Positions 17,701 to 26,000 of a DNA stretch of 64,000 nucleotides are shown here, piece after piece. Both the position numbers and the translations under genes were made by a program. Numbering within the stretch: the first letter of the stretch is position 1; the number at the start of each line of letters is the position of its first letter. This DNA comes from Capsulimonadaceae bacterium (GTDB lineage: Bacteria; Armatimonadota; Armatimonadia; Armatimonadales; Capsulimonadaceae): contig OZ244065.1 in assembly GCA_965215505.1 (NCBI GenBank), positions 2,528,001 to 2,592,000 on the forward strand. Reading direction: 5' to 3'. The notes under the pieces are model-generated. The model searched no databases. It had not been told where the DNA came from and was given only the letters and a program-made list of their open reading frames with translations.

Positions 17701-20700
17701 AGGACTCGGCCCCGAAGAGCTTGGGGACGAGGTTCAGCAGGCCGCGCTGGCCGCCGAAGGTGGAGGCGGCGAACTTCTGGCCCAGGGAGTAATCGCTGAC
17801 GACCAGGATGTCGTTGTTGCCGATGGAGGCCGCCGTGCTGAAGCCCCAGATGTTGTCGTAGATGCGCCAGTTGCTCCCGACCCCGCCGCTGTTCATGGGC
17901 GGCGTCGCCTTGTCGAAGGCGATGACATCCAGGTAGAAGTCGCTGCCCGACGTGGGCGTGGTCCAGGTGACGCTGTAGAGCGCGCCGCCCTGACCGTCCT
18001 GCTGGGAGTCCGGCAGGCGGGTCATCTGGAGCCACTCGGCGGGGGTGCCGCCGCCGGTGGACATCAGCGAGCTGGTGGTGGGCCGCACCCTGCCGGCCCC
18101 GCTGAAGGGCTGCTGGTCATCCACGCCAGCTAGGTAGTACGGGTCGCGGAAGTCGGTGGGGCCGGTGTCGCCGACGGTCGTGGCGTTCGGGTTGGAGGCG
18201 AAAGCCGGGTTCACCACTTGGCACTCGAACTCCGGCCCCGACGGGATGAAGAGGTTCGGATCGCTGCCCGGCGGGCGCTGAACGATTAGCTTGGTGTCCG
18301 GGTCGGTGACAGGCTTGCCGTTGGCGTCGAGTACGGTTTCGAGGTTGATGCCGCCGCCGTCCCGGCCGATCGAGATCGTGTCCGAGGCGTTGGTGGCCGG
18401 GCCGGGAACGGCCGCGCCGGGGGCGTCCTCCGTGCCGCCGACGGCCCCACGGTTGAAGTTGTAGAAGATCACACCGGTGGTGCTGGTGAACTTGTTAAAT
18501 CCGGCGTCCCCCAGGATGAGCGGATTGTCACGGGCGTCGAACTGGAACCCGAGGTCATAGTCCGCTTTGAAGATGTAGTCGTAGCCACCGCCGTTGACGA
18601 GCTGCGCCGAGGAGCCGCTGTCGAGCAGCTGGGGGTTGGCGGCATTCGGGTTGTTCTTCTGGGTGCGGAAGCGGTAGTCGTGTGCGAAGACCTTATGCTC
18701 CAGGCCTTGAGAGTCCTGATACTTGGAGTTCGGGTTCTTGACCTGGAGGAAGACCTGCGCCCCGGTGGGGCCGCCGGTCACTGCCCCGGTGTTGTCAACG
18801 CCCGCCTCGCGGCTGCTCAGCCGGGCGGTGAAGGTCACCTTCTGGCCGGGCGTGATGCCGTAGCGGGTCGTGTTGCCCGCCGAGTCGGCGACGTGGACGA
18901 TCTCGTTGCCGCTGTAGGGGAGCAGGGTGGGCGGGTCCAGGTTGACGACCTGGGAAACCAGGATGCCGGCGTAGGCGGACCCGACGGTGCCCGACCCGAC
19001 TAGCTTCCCTCCCTGCGCCACCGAGATGGCCGTCTCCGAGGCCGCGCCCGTCGTGGGGTCATTGTAGGTCACGGAGCGGTTGGACGAGTAGGCGATGCTG
19101 AAGACGCTCAGGAACGGCGACCAGGTCGGGTAGGTGTCGTCGAAGGCGTTCCCGCTCGTACCCGTCTCCCCGGCATTGTCGTCCGTGTTGAGCTTGACGG
19201 CCGTATTGACGACGGACGATCCGGTCGTCGTCTCGGGCGTCAGGACCTGCGTGAACACGGCGGTGAGCTGGTAATAGTACTCGGCCCCCGGCGTGACGGT
19301 GGTGTCAACGGCCTGGAGCAGGCCGTTCGGCGGCCCGGTGACGGGCACGTTCGTGATGTAGGAGACCTCCGTGCTGGCATTGCTCGGGGGGGGGCGGTTG
19401 TCCGAGGTCGGCGCAGCCGGAGAGCGGTACAGGTTGTACGAGGTGGGCGCGCTGCTGCCGCCGTTGATGAACGAGATGGCGATCTGCGGCGTCCCGGCGG
19501 TGTTGACCCCGCCGAAGGCGCTCTGGAGCTGCGGCGGCGCGGAGGCGTTGGCGGTCTGCCCCGTCGCGGGGATGAAGTTGCCGAAGCCGCTGCTGGTCGG
19601 GGCGTTGCTGTCGGAGACGACTTCGATGCCCTCGACGATGGGCGGGTCGCCCGAGACGGGGGTGAAGGCGACCGTGATGGTGCCCGAGGCGGCCCCGGTG
19701 AAGAAGAACTGGTTGGCCCCGCTCGCCGTCGCGCCGTACTGGACGACGATGGCGGTGTTCTGGCCCACCGGGGGCGCGGTCGTGACCAGGGCAAAGTCGG
19801 CGCGCGTGAAGGCATTTGCGGGTGCCGTGGTGGTGGCAGCCGTGTTGACGACGGCGGCCGTGGTCGCCTGGCGCACGAAGCCGGGCTGGGTGACGACGAC
19901 GCTGTAGCCGGCGTTGACCGGCAGGAAGGCGATGTAGTTGACCGGCTTGCCGTCGCCGCCGGGGGCGGCGGGCGAGTTGCTCGTGGCACCCGTCGTCAGG
20001 ATGGCGACGAGGGTGTTGTTGGCACCGGTGACGCGGACCGTCGCGCCGGTCACTGCGGCCGTGCTGGCGACGCCGGTGACCAGACCGCCCAGGGTGCCGA
20101 CGCCCGTGTTGCTGATCACACCGCTCTGGAGGGTGAAGTTCACGACGGCGGGGGTGCCCGACACGACCGACGTCTGCTGCGTCTGGGTCGTCAGCTTGGC
20201 GCTGAAGGCCGGCGAGGCCGTGACGTCGTACTTATCACCGGTGGGGGTCGGGGGCACGCGGACGGAAAAGGTGCCGGGGGTGCCGGCGTTGTTCGTCGTC
20301 GTGGTCGCCAGGATTTCGCCGGAATTGTCGTCAATGACGCTGATCGGGACGTTGCCCTGGCCGGTGCTGTTGCTGTCGTTGACGGTGCCGGTGATCGTCG
20401 CGGTGCCCTGGGCGAGCGGGAAGTCCACGCGGGTGTAGGCTCCGCTGCTGACGGTGACGATCTCCGAGGCAGGAGCGTAGCCGCTCGACGCGGCGGGCGT
20501 GGCCGTGACCGTATAGGTCCCCTGGGGCACCGACCCGTTGTAGTTGATGTTGGTGGTCCCGCCGCTCGGGTCGGCCACCGGCGGCGTCGTGACCAGCGGC
20601 GAGGGGTTCGTTGCGACCGGGTTGCCGCTCGCGTCGGTGACGGTGATGGTGGCGGCGAGGGCCGTGTTGCCGCTCGGGTCGGAAACCAGGCCGTCAATGC

Positions 20701-22456
20701 GACCGGGCGCGGCCTGCGCGCGGCCGACGATGTCTATGTTGCTCTGGGGCTGGCCGTTGATGGCCACATTGAAGATGCGCTTGCCGGCGGCCGTGTCGGT
20801 CGGGTCGGACAGGTGCAGGCGGACGCTGTAGTTCGCGCCCGGCGTCAATGCGCCAAAGGTGTAGGTGAAGGTCCCGTTCCGGTCTGTCTGGTAGATCCCG
20901 GCCGGCGTCCCCGGATCATTGGTCGTGTTGACGACGGGGGCGGGCGTGAGCGTCTGCGCGGTCCCGCCGGCCACGGTGAAGCCCTGCGGCTGGTTGAGGA
21001 ACGCATCGGAGACGTAGCCGCCGAATAGGTCGTTCGGGACCACATCACCGGCGTTGACCTGGTAGATCGGGGTGCTTGGGCCTTCCGCCGTCGTCGCGGC
21101 CTCGTTGGAGCGGGCGGTCTCGCCGCCGGCGTCGGTGTTTTGCAGCACCTGGAGGTAGTAGATGTCGTGCGGCGAGGTCGGACTGGACCCGCGCGAGAAG
21201 GCGATGTACTCAAAACCGGGCGCGGGGTCGGTATACGGGTTGCGCCGCAGCGACGACCAGGCCGGGCCAAAGTTGTCGGTGCCGGGCACGGTCACGGGCC
21301 GGCCCACGGGGCTGTTCGCGGCCGTGTTGGTGACAGTGCCGAAGCCGAAGCGCCCGCCGCCGCCGACGAGGTAGATGGAGCGGTTGACGCCGGTCGGGGT
21401 CCCGGTGAGCAGGACTGAGGTATTCGGGTCGGGTCCGGCCGCCGCGCCGGTCGAGGTGATCCCGACGGCGTTGGAGGCGAAGGCGATGAGCTGGCCGTCC
21501 TGCGAGTAGGAGGGGTCGGTGTCATCGGCGGGGCCGTCGGTCAGCTTGGCGGGCAGGGAGACGTTCGTCGGATCGGAGCCGCCGGTGCTGACGTGCAGGA
21601 AATACAGGTGGTCATGGCCCTTGTAGGTGCCCGTCGTGCTGAAGGCCGAGAAGATGATCTCGTCGGAGTTGCCGGGGACGAAGGTCGGGCGCAGGACGCC
21701 GGAGAAGTCCAGGCCGCCGGCCTGGACCGCGAGCTGGTCGGTGCGGATGGTGGGCGAGGTCAGGGAGGCGACGTTGACGGTCGCCGTCGGGACGGCGATG
21801 CTGTACAGGTTCTGCACGTCGGGCGCGATCGAGTTGGCGTCCGAGGTGAAGGCGAGCTGGCGGTTGTTGTCGGCGCTGAGGGCCGGGAAGAACTCGCCGC
21901 CGCCGGCCGGGCCGGAGCTGTCGGTGAGCTGGATGGCAGCGCCGCCGTTGACGGGAATCGCCCAGATGTGGAAGCGCGGGCCGGCACCGCCCGACGCCGT
22001 CCGGTTGGAGGAGAAGACCAGCATGGTCTCGTCCGCCGTCCAGACCGGCGTGAGGTTCGTCGGCGTCAGGCTCGGCCCCTGGGTCGGAGTGAATCCGGGG
22101 GGCGGGCTGAAGACGTCATAGGTTTGCACGGCCTCATCCACCTGGGGAGTTGCACCAGCGGCGTTGCCCCGCAGTGCGCCGGGACGCAGGGACGAACGCT
22201 TATAGATGAAGCGGCCATCCGGGGCGTGGCGCAGATCCTGCGGGCCGGCCCCGACCATGTCTTTAAAGGTCTTGGGGCGGGCGGCGGGCGGCACGAGGGC
22301 ACGCAGGGCGGCGCGCAGGGCCAGCGCCTGGCCGGTGCCCCCGTGCGCGCGCACGGGGGCCGCATGTGCGGGCAGCCCGGCGTTGAAGGCCGCAGAAGAA
22401 AGGGCGGTCAGGAGAGACAGCAGGGCGATGGTGCGAACGGAACGTATAGCTTTCAA
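14732..22456 (-). CDS. Giant secreted multidomain protein A (~2574 aa): TolB-like PD40 propeller, split malectin, carboxypeptidase-regulatory-like (TTR) repeats, FN3, alpha/beta domain, conserved C-terminal domain
   Basis: TTG start at 22456 after GGAGG; signal peptide ending AHA; TPVWTADETMLVFSSNR, DTDPSYSQDGQLIAFAS (PD40); IYQTDRNG...VRLHLSD...RIFNVAING (malectin); GxIxGxVxD repeats. Confidence 0.85.
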   Translation of the reverse strand: MKAIRSVRTIALLSLLTALSSAAFNAGLPAHAAPVRAHGGTGQALALRAALRALVPPAARPKTFKDMVGAGPQDLRHAPDGRFIYKRSSLRPGALRGNAAGATPQVDEAVQTYDVFSPPPGFTPTQGPSLTPTNLTPVWTADETMLVFSSNRTASGGAGPRFHIWAIPVNGGAAIQLTDSSGPAGGGEFFPALSADNNRQLAFTSDANSIAPDVQNLYSIAVPTATVNVASLTSPTIRTDQLAVQAGGLDFSGVLRPTFVPGNSDEIIFSAFSTTGTYKGHDHLYFLHVSTGGSDPTNVSLPAKLTDGPADDTDPSYSQDGQLIAFASNAVGITSTGAAAGPDPNTSVLLTGTPTGVNRSIYLVGGGGRFGFGTVTNTAANSPVGRPVTVPGTDNFGPAWSSLRRNPYTDPAPGFEYIAFSRGSSPTSPHDIYYLQVLQNTDAGGETARSNEAATTAEGPSTPIYQVNAGDVVPNDLFGGYVSDAFLNQPQGFTVAGGTAQTLTPAPVVNTTNDPGTPAGIYQTDRNGTFTYTFGALTPGANYSVRLHLSDPTDTAAGKRIFNVAINGQPQSNIDIVGRAQAAPGRIDGLVSDPSGNTALAATITVTDASGNPVATNPSPLVTTPPVADPSGGTTNINYNGSVPQGTYTVTATPAASSGYAPASEIVTVSSGAYTRVDFPLAQGTATITGTVNDSNSTGQGNVPISVIDDNSGEILATTTTNNAGTPGTFSVRVPPTPTGDKYDVTASPAFSAKLTTQTQQTSVVSGTPAVVNFTLQSGVISNTGVGTLGGLVTGVASTAAVTGATVRVTGANNTLVAILTTGATSNSPAAPGGDGKPVNYIAFLPVNAGYSVVVTQPGFVRQATTAAVVNTAATTTAPANAFTRADFALVTTAPPVGQNTAIVVQYGATASGANQFFFTGAASGTITVAFTPVSGDPPIVEGIEVVSDSNAPTSSGFGNFIPATGQTANASAPPQLQSAFGGVNTAGTPQIAISFINGGSSAPTSYNLYRSPAAPTSDNRPPPSNASTEVSYITNVPVTGPPNGLLQAVDTTVTPGAEYYYQLTAVFTQVLTPETTTGSSVVNTAVKLNTDDNAGETGTSGNAFDDTYPTWSPFLSVFSIAYSSNRSVTYNDPTTGAASETAISVAQGGKLVGSGTVGSAYAGILVSQVVNLDPPTLLPYSGNEIVHVADSAGNTTRYGITPGQKVTFTARLSSREAGVDNTGAVTGGPTGAQVFLQVKNPNSKYQDSQGLEHKVFAHDYRFRTQKNNPNAANPQLLDSGSSAQLVNGGGYDYIFKADYDLGFQFDARDNPLILGDAGFNKFTSTTGVIFYNFNRGAVGGTEDAPGAAVPGPATNASDTISIGRDGGGINLETVLDANGKPVTDPDTKLIVQRPPGSDPNLFIPSGPEFECQVVNPAFASNPNATTVGDTGPTDFRDPYYLAGVDDQQPFSGAGRVRPTTSSLMSTGGGTPAEWLQMTRLPDSQQDGQGGALYSVTWTTPTSGSDFYLDVIAFDKATPPMNSGGVGSNWRIYDNIWGFSTAASIGNNDILVVSDYSLGQKFAASTFGGQRGLLNLVPKLFGAESYVTDIDVNLLPNAIYRNTVITGANANDPNVEVNFLGSSYSPTGRDLDTEGGPGSPEQQLLMNPVFNGLGVGSYYDRFIDDGGRIDNVPAVRSQQYSIWRTLARGPVPNSVYAAYTPTRQTQPAVADTSGTTKFTAPSASVAVANRCIVWIAPFTGDVLAGSGTLADTATQTSLRNFVAAGGRLCISGEDVGSTLTQNGQVNNAAGGFVFDVLNATLATPNGGTHIPAVVAAPTIADNRITNTPGYDGVVIGNYRELEPGITVTTVPPGQRLLRISNNFAGNIFSSDLVFTNFNTFAGNWRTDGSLDQLGPYIQPYPVALLNSNAVVGAIDTITPGKGAHTDITLAPFTNPIPPLDNGNDAAASSPGGVGLIYTENPITAAGGTGSKVVYATFGLEGLGTEFYKVTSVFKPNPVIYNPRNQRQSIIHNIVDYLRTGSIVGTIRSTSGNGVVGSGVSGVTVYLVSASGNPIPGRGTFSATTDSAGNYRIDGIEPGNYTLAAYRTGFIRATSNPGVVFTVEGDAVQQASLTLVPAAPGSIAGKVTDTGGNIVSGASVTFTSTDGQIYSTTTDSNGNYTLSSVAPSTYSGTATKTGFGSQTQTNLVVASNAALVVNFKLQPGPGAVTGRVVDTSGNPIPGASVFFSSGTPAVVAATATTDSTGTYNIAALAAGTYNVTASATGFGSSAPISVVVVGATTTTVPDIMLGALANGTLGGLVTGTGSSAPLAGVTLTITNTGTGQAITPAPVTAGTSTPASDGGQINYGPVTLGAGTYTVTAAKNGVTAGSQTVTISASTFTRLDFTGINGLPPLHTFAAGLNFLSAPFDYSGTSFDSLFGVLNTAPTGTTPNGNRTHVAVWNPLLGQYALDPTAPADALRLGVGYWVFLKNAVDLTTPGVATGGAISVALHPSWNQIGVPSTSPVPVANLTFVTGTTTLSFANAVGSANHIVSPTLYRYDGVNYQTVSQSDSLQPYQAYWIKVYVDTTVQIPTGR

Positions 22457-22618
22457 GCGGGTACAACCTCCTTGGTTGCAGACACACGGCCGAGGCGAAC
22501 TTTTCCGGGACGATGGGTACTCGGATGGCCAGCACCGGGGCGGGGCGCCGTGAGGCGCGTCAGGGCGGGCATTCGTTTCCAGAAAAACAACGGTCTGGGG
22601 CGGCAATCCAATGACCAG

Positions 22619-22650
22619 GTAAAGACTGGGTGTAAAGACTGAGTAAAGAG
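22619..22650. repeat. Short direct repeats in the long leader of giant gene A
   Basis: GTAAAGACTG twice plus GTAAAGAG, with looser copies at ~22671 and ~22682. Confidence 0.55.
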
Positions 22651-22899
22651 CGACAAAATCGGGGCCTGCGAAAGACCGTCTTAAAGAGACTGGACGGCGA
22701 CCCGCTCAGGGCTGGGCACTCCGAGGGAGCGCGGGAACGAGCGTGGAAGCTAGCCTCAGGGGATTTCTAGGGTTCGTCAGGGGCGGCGGGTCGGCCCGGT
22801 TTCTGTCCGGGTCCGCCTGCGGCTTTGGGCGCGTGATTTCCTGCGTGCATGACCGGCTTTAAGGCCGGACCCCGGCAGAGGTGCGAGGGTGGTGAAACG

Positions 22900-22928
22900 A
22901 TTATAACATAGAGGCGACTTTTACGCAA
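22900..22928 (-). promoter_or_regulatory. Sigma70 promoter of giant gene A (implies a ~440 nt leader)
   Basis: TTGCGT-N17-TATAAT with extended -10 TG. Confidence 0.75.
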
Positions 22929-22993
22929 GCGGTTTTTTCGCGATTCCGTCAGCGGGACTTTCTTTTCGTATTTATTTCATCGGAGGGCGGCGG

Positions 22994-23031
22994 AAGAGAA
23001 GCGGCGGAGACGAATGACTCGCCCCCGCCGC
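22994..23031 (-). terminator. Probable terminator of giant gene B
   Basis: GCGGCGG...CCGCCGC stem followed by TTCTCTT on the minus strand. Confidence 0.55.
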
Positions 23032-23054
23032 CTAGTTCCGGCCCCCGACCAAGC

Positions 23055-26000
23055 CTACTTGGTCGGGATCTCGAGCGTTGCCCCCGAGTAGACCTGTATC
23101 CAGTACGCCTTCCAGGGCTGGAGGACGCTGCTCTGTGTCACCGGCTGGTAGCCGCTGCCGTCGAAGGAGTAGAGCGTCGGCGCGACGACGTGGTACTGGC
23201 TGCTGGCCGCCGTTGCGAAGCTGATCATGCCGCCCGCCCCATTGTCGAACATCAGGCTCGACACCGGGACGCCCTTGATGTTCGGGACGCCGATCTGGTT
23301 CCAGGACGGGTGCAGGGCCACCGGCACGAAGGCCGCCGAGGGGGTCGCCCCCTGCACCGTGAGCGGCACGGCGTTCTTCAGGAAGACCCAGTAGCCCACG
23401 CCGAGCCGCAGCGAGTCGGCGGGCGCGTTCGGGTCCACCGCGTACTGCGAGACGGTCGGGTCCCAGACCGCGACATGCGTCCGGTTGCCGTTCGGCGTCG
23501 TCCCCGTGGGGGCCGTGTTCAGGATGCCGAACAGCGTGTCGAAGCTCAGGGAGCTGTAGTCATACGGCGTGGACAGGAAGTTCAGGCCCGCCGGGAAGAC
23601 ATAGACCGGCGGTGCGCCGTTCGCCCCGGTGAAGTCGAGCCGGTTGAACTGGCCCCCCACCACCGTCACCTTTTGCACGACCGGGGTACGGCTGCCGAAG
23701 GCCAGGGTGACGGTGTAGGTCCCCTGCGCCACCTGGCCGCTGTAGTTGATCCCCTGCGTCTTGCCGTCCGGCGCGGGCGAGACGGAGCTGTTGGTGGTGA
23801 AGGTCGCCACCACCGTACTCGCGCCCGTCGCGCTGACGCTCGCAACCGTGACGGTCGCGCCGCCGATGGCGGCGTTCGTCGTCGCGTCACTGACCAAGCC
23901 CCCCAGCGTGCCGATGCCGCTGGTGAGTTGGAGGTCGGCCCGGCCCGCCTGGCTCGCCGTGAGCGGCGAGGGCGTCACCGCCACGGGGGCGGTCGGGTTG
24001 TAGTTCGGCTTGGAGGCCGAAACCGTGTAGGAGTGGCCGGGCGTCAGGGTGAACGTCGCCGTGTAGTTCGACGTCTTCCCGTCCGGCCCGATCGCCGTGC
24101 CCGGCGTCGTGACCAGCGGCGAGGGCGTCAGGTTGGTCGGCGTCGCCTTGGTCGTCGTGTCCGTGACCGTCAGGGACACGTTCGGAAGCGGCTGCCCGGT
24201 CGAGCCGTCCGTGACGAGGCCGGTGATGGTCCCCTTCTCGTCCAGCCCGATGTTCTGCCCGGTCAGGAGGTCGCCCAGGCTGAGGGTGACTGTCTTCGCG
24301 CCGGGGAAGTAGCCGCCAGGCACCGTCGCGGACAGGGCGAAGGCCGCCGGGGCCTGGCCCGCCGGGATGGCGGCGAACGAGAAGGTCCCGGTCGCGCCCG
24401 TCGTCTGTGGCGTGCCGATGGCCTTGCCGGTGGCGTCGGTCAGCGTCACGGTCGCGCCGCTGATCGGCGTGCCGGTCTGGTTATCCAGGACCGTCCCGGA
24501 GAGGGCGGCGAGGATCTCGGTCAGCGTGAAGTTGACCGTCTGCGTGCCGCCCGCCGGGATGGTGATGTTCTGGGTCGGCGGAGTGGTGAACTCCGGCCGG
24601 CCATTCGCGTTATTCGGCGGCGTGACGCTGCCGATGTAGTTCCCGGACGGGTCGGTCTTGCCGGTCGTCGGGATGGAGTAGTTGCCGTTGGCGTCGGTCG
24701 TGGCCGATGGCAGTGTCGTCGTACCGTCCGTGGAGAGGAAGGAGACGACCGCCCCGGAGACGCCTGCCCCGGTACTCACGTCCGTCACCTGGCCACTGAC
24801 GCTGCCCGCCCCGGCGGCGACCAGCGCAATGTCCAGCAGCGGAGCCTCGGAAGCGATCGTGTCGGTGAGCGCATCACCGTTGTAGATGCTCTGCGACGGC
24901 AGCGACTGGGTGGCAAAGCCGACCAGTGAAGCCGTGATCGTGACGGTGTACTGGCTCAGGGGCTTCCCACTGGCGGGCAGCGGCCCGGTCGAGTACTTGC
25001 CGTTCGCATCTGTGTGGAGCGTCTGGATGACCGTGCCCGAAGCCGTATCCGTGATCGTCACGAGGGCATTCTTCAGCGGGTTGTGCGTGGGCGTGGCGCT
25101 GTCCGTGACCGTGCCGGCGAGGCTCGGCGGGATGGTGGCGACGCTGAAGTTCGCCGTCGCCACGGCGGGGGCGGAGGCGACCACGGCGGTCGCGGTCCCC
25201 TGCGTCGTCGTCGGGCGGCCGTTCGGGTTGAGCGGCCCGGTGGCCGTCCCGTTGTAGGTGCCTGGGAAGACGGTGGGCAGGCTGTAGTTGCCGCTGCCGT
25301 CCGCCGTCGCGTGCAGGGTCGTGGTCCCGTCGGCGGAGACGAAGGTGACGAGGGCACCCCCGACGCCCGCCCCGCCGTTGGCCGTGTCCGTAACCCGCCC
25401 GGTGATCGAGCCGGGCGCGATGGGCGTCAGCCCAATGTCCTTGGCGGTGATCACGCTTCCCAGCACGACCGTGAAGGGCGCGCTGCTGTTCGTAGTGAAC
25501 CCGACACGGGTGGCCGTGACTGTGTAGGTCGTCGGCGTCGTGGTTGACGGCACGTTCGTGAACGTGTAGGTGCCGGTCGCGGACGCCGAGGTCGTGGCGA
25601 CCACGGTGCCGGCCGCATTGGTGAGCGTGACGGTCGCGCCGGCCACGTTCGCGCCGCCCGCGTTCGTGTCACCCACCGTGTTGTCGAAGATGCGCCCCGA
25701 GATGGAAGCGAGGGCGGTCAGCACGACGTCCGTGCGATGGGCGGGCGCGGTGGTGTCGGTGACGACATCGCCGAGTTCGAGCGTGACGGGGCCGGGAGCC
25801 GCCCCCGCGCCGAAGCCGGAGGCGGTGGCCGTGATGGTGTACGGTATGCCGGTCACCGGCGTTGCCGAGAGTGCGGTGGAAGCGGCGGGCACGTTCGTGA
25901 ACGTGTAGGTCCCGTCCGCCGCCGTCGTGGTCGTGAGGACCGTGGGCGCGGTGGCCCCGACCGTGGGGCCGGTGAGGGTGACGGTCGCGCCGGCCAGTGC

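Noticed and set aside
22457-22606. Longer N-termini in the ORF track for the giant genes (also 32889-32969, 11110-11427, 59003-59290, 54806-55081, 333-533)
   Set aside because: Internal starts have SD sequences, signal peptides or 4-nt overlaps; the extensions overlap other genes or leaders.
22840-22890. c-di-GMP-I riboswitch (TCCGGCCTTAAAG resembles part of the motif)
   Set aside because: The GGCAAA/GNRA/GACGCAAAGC elements are missing.
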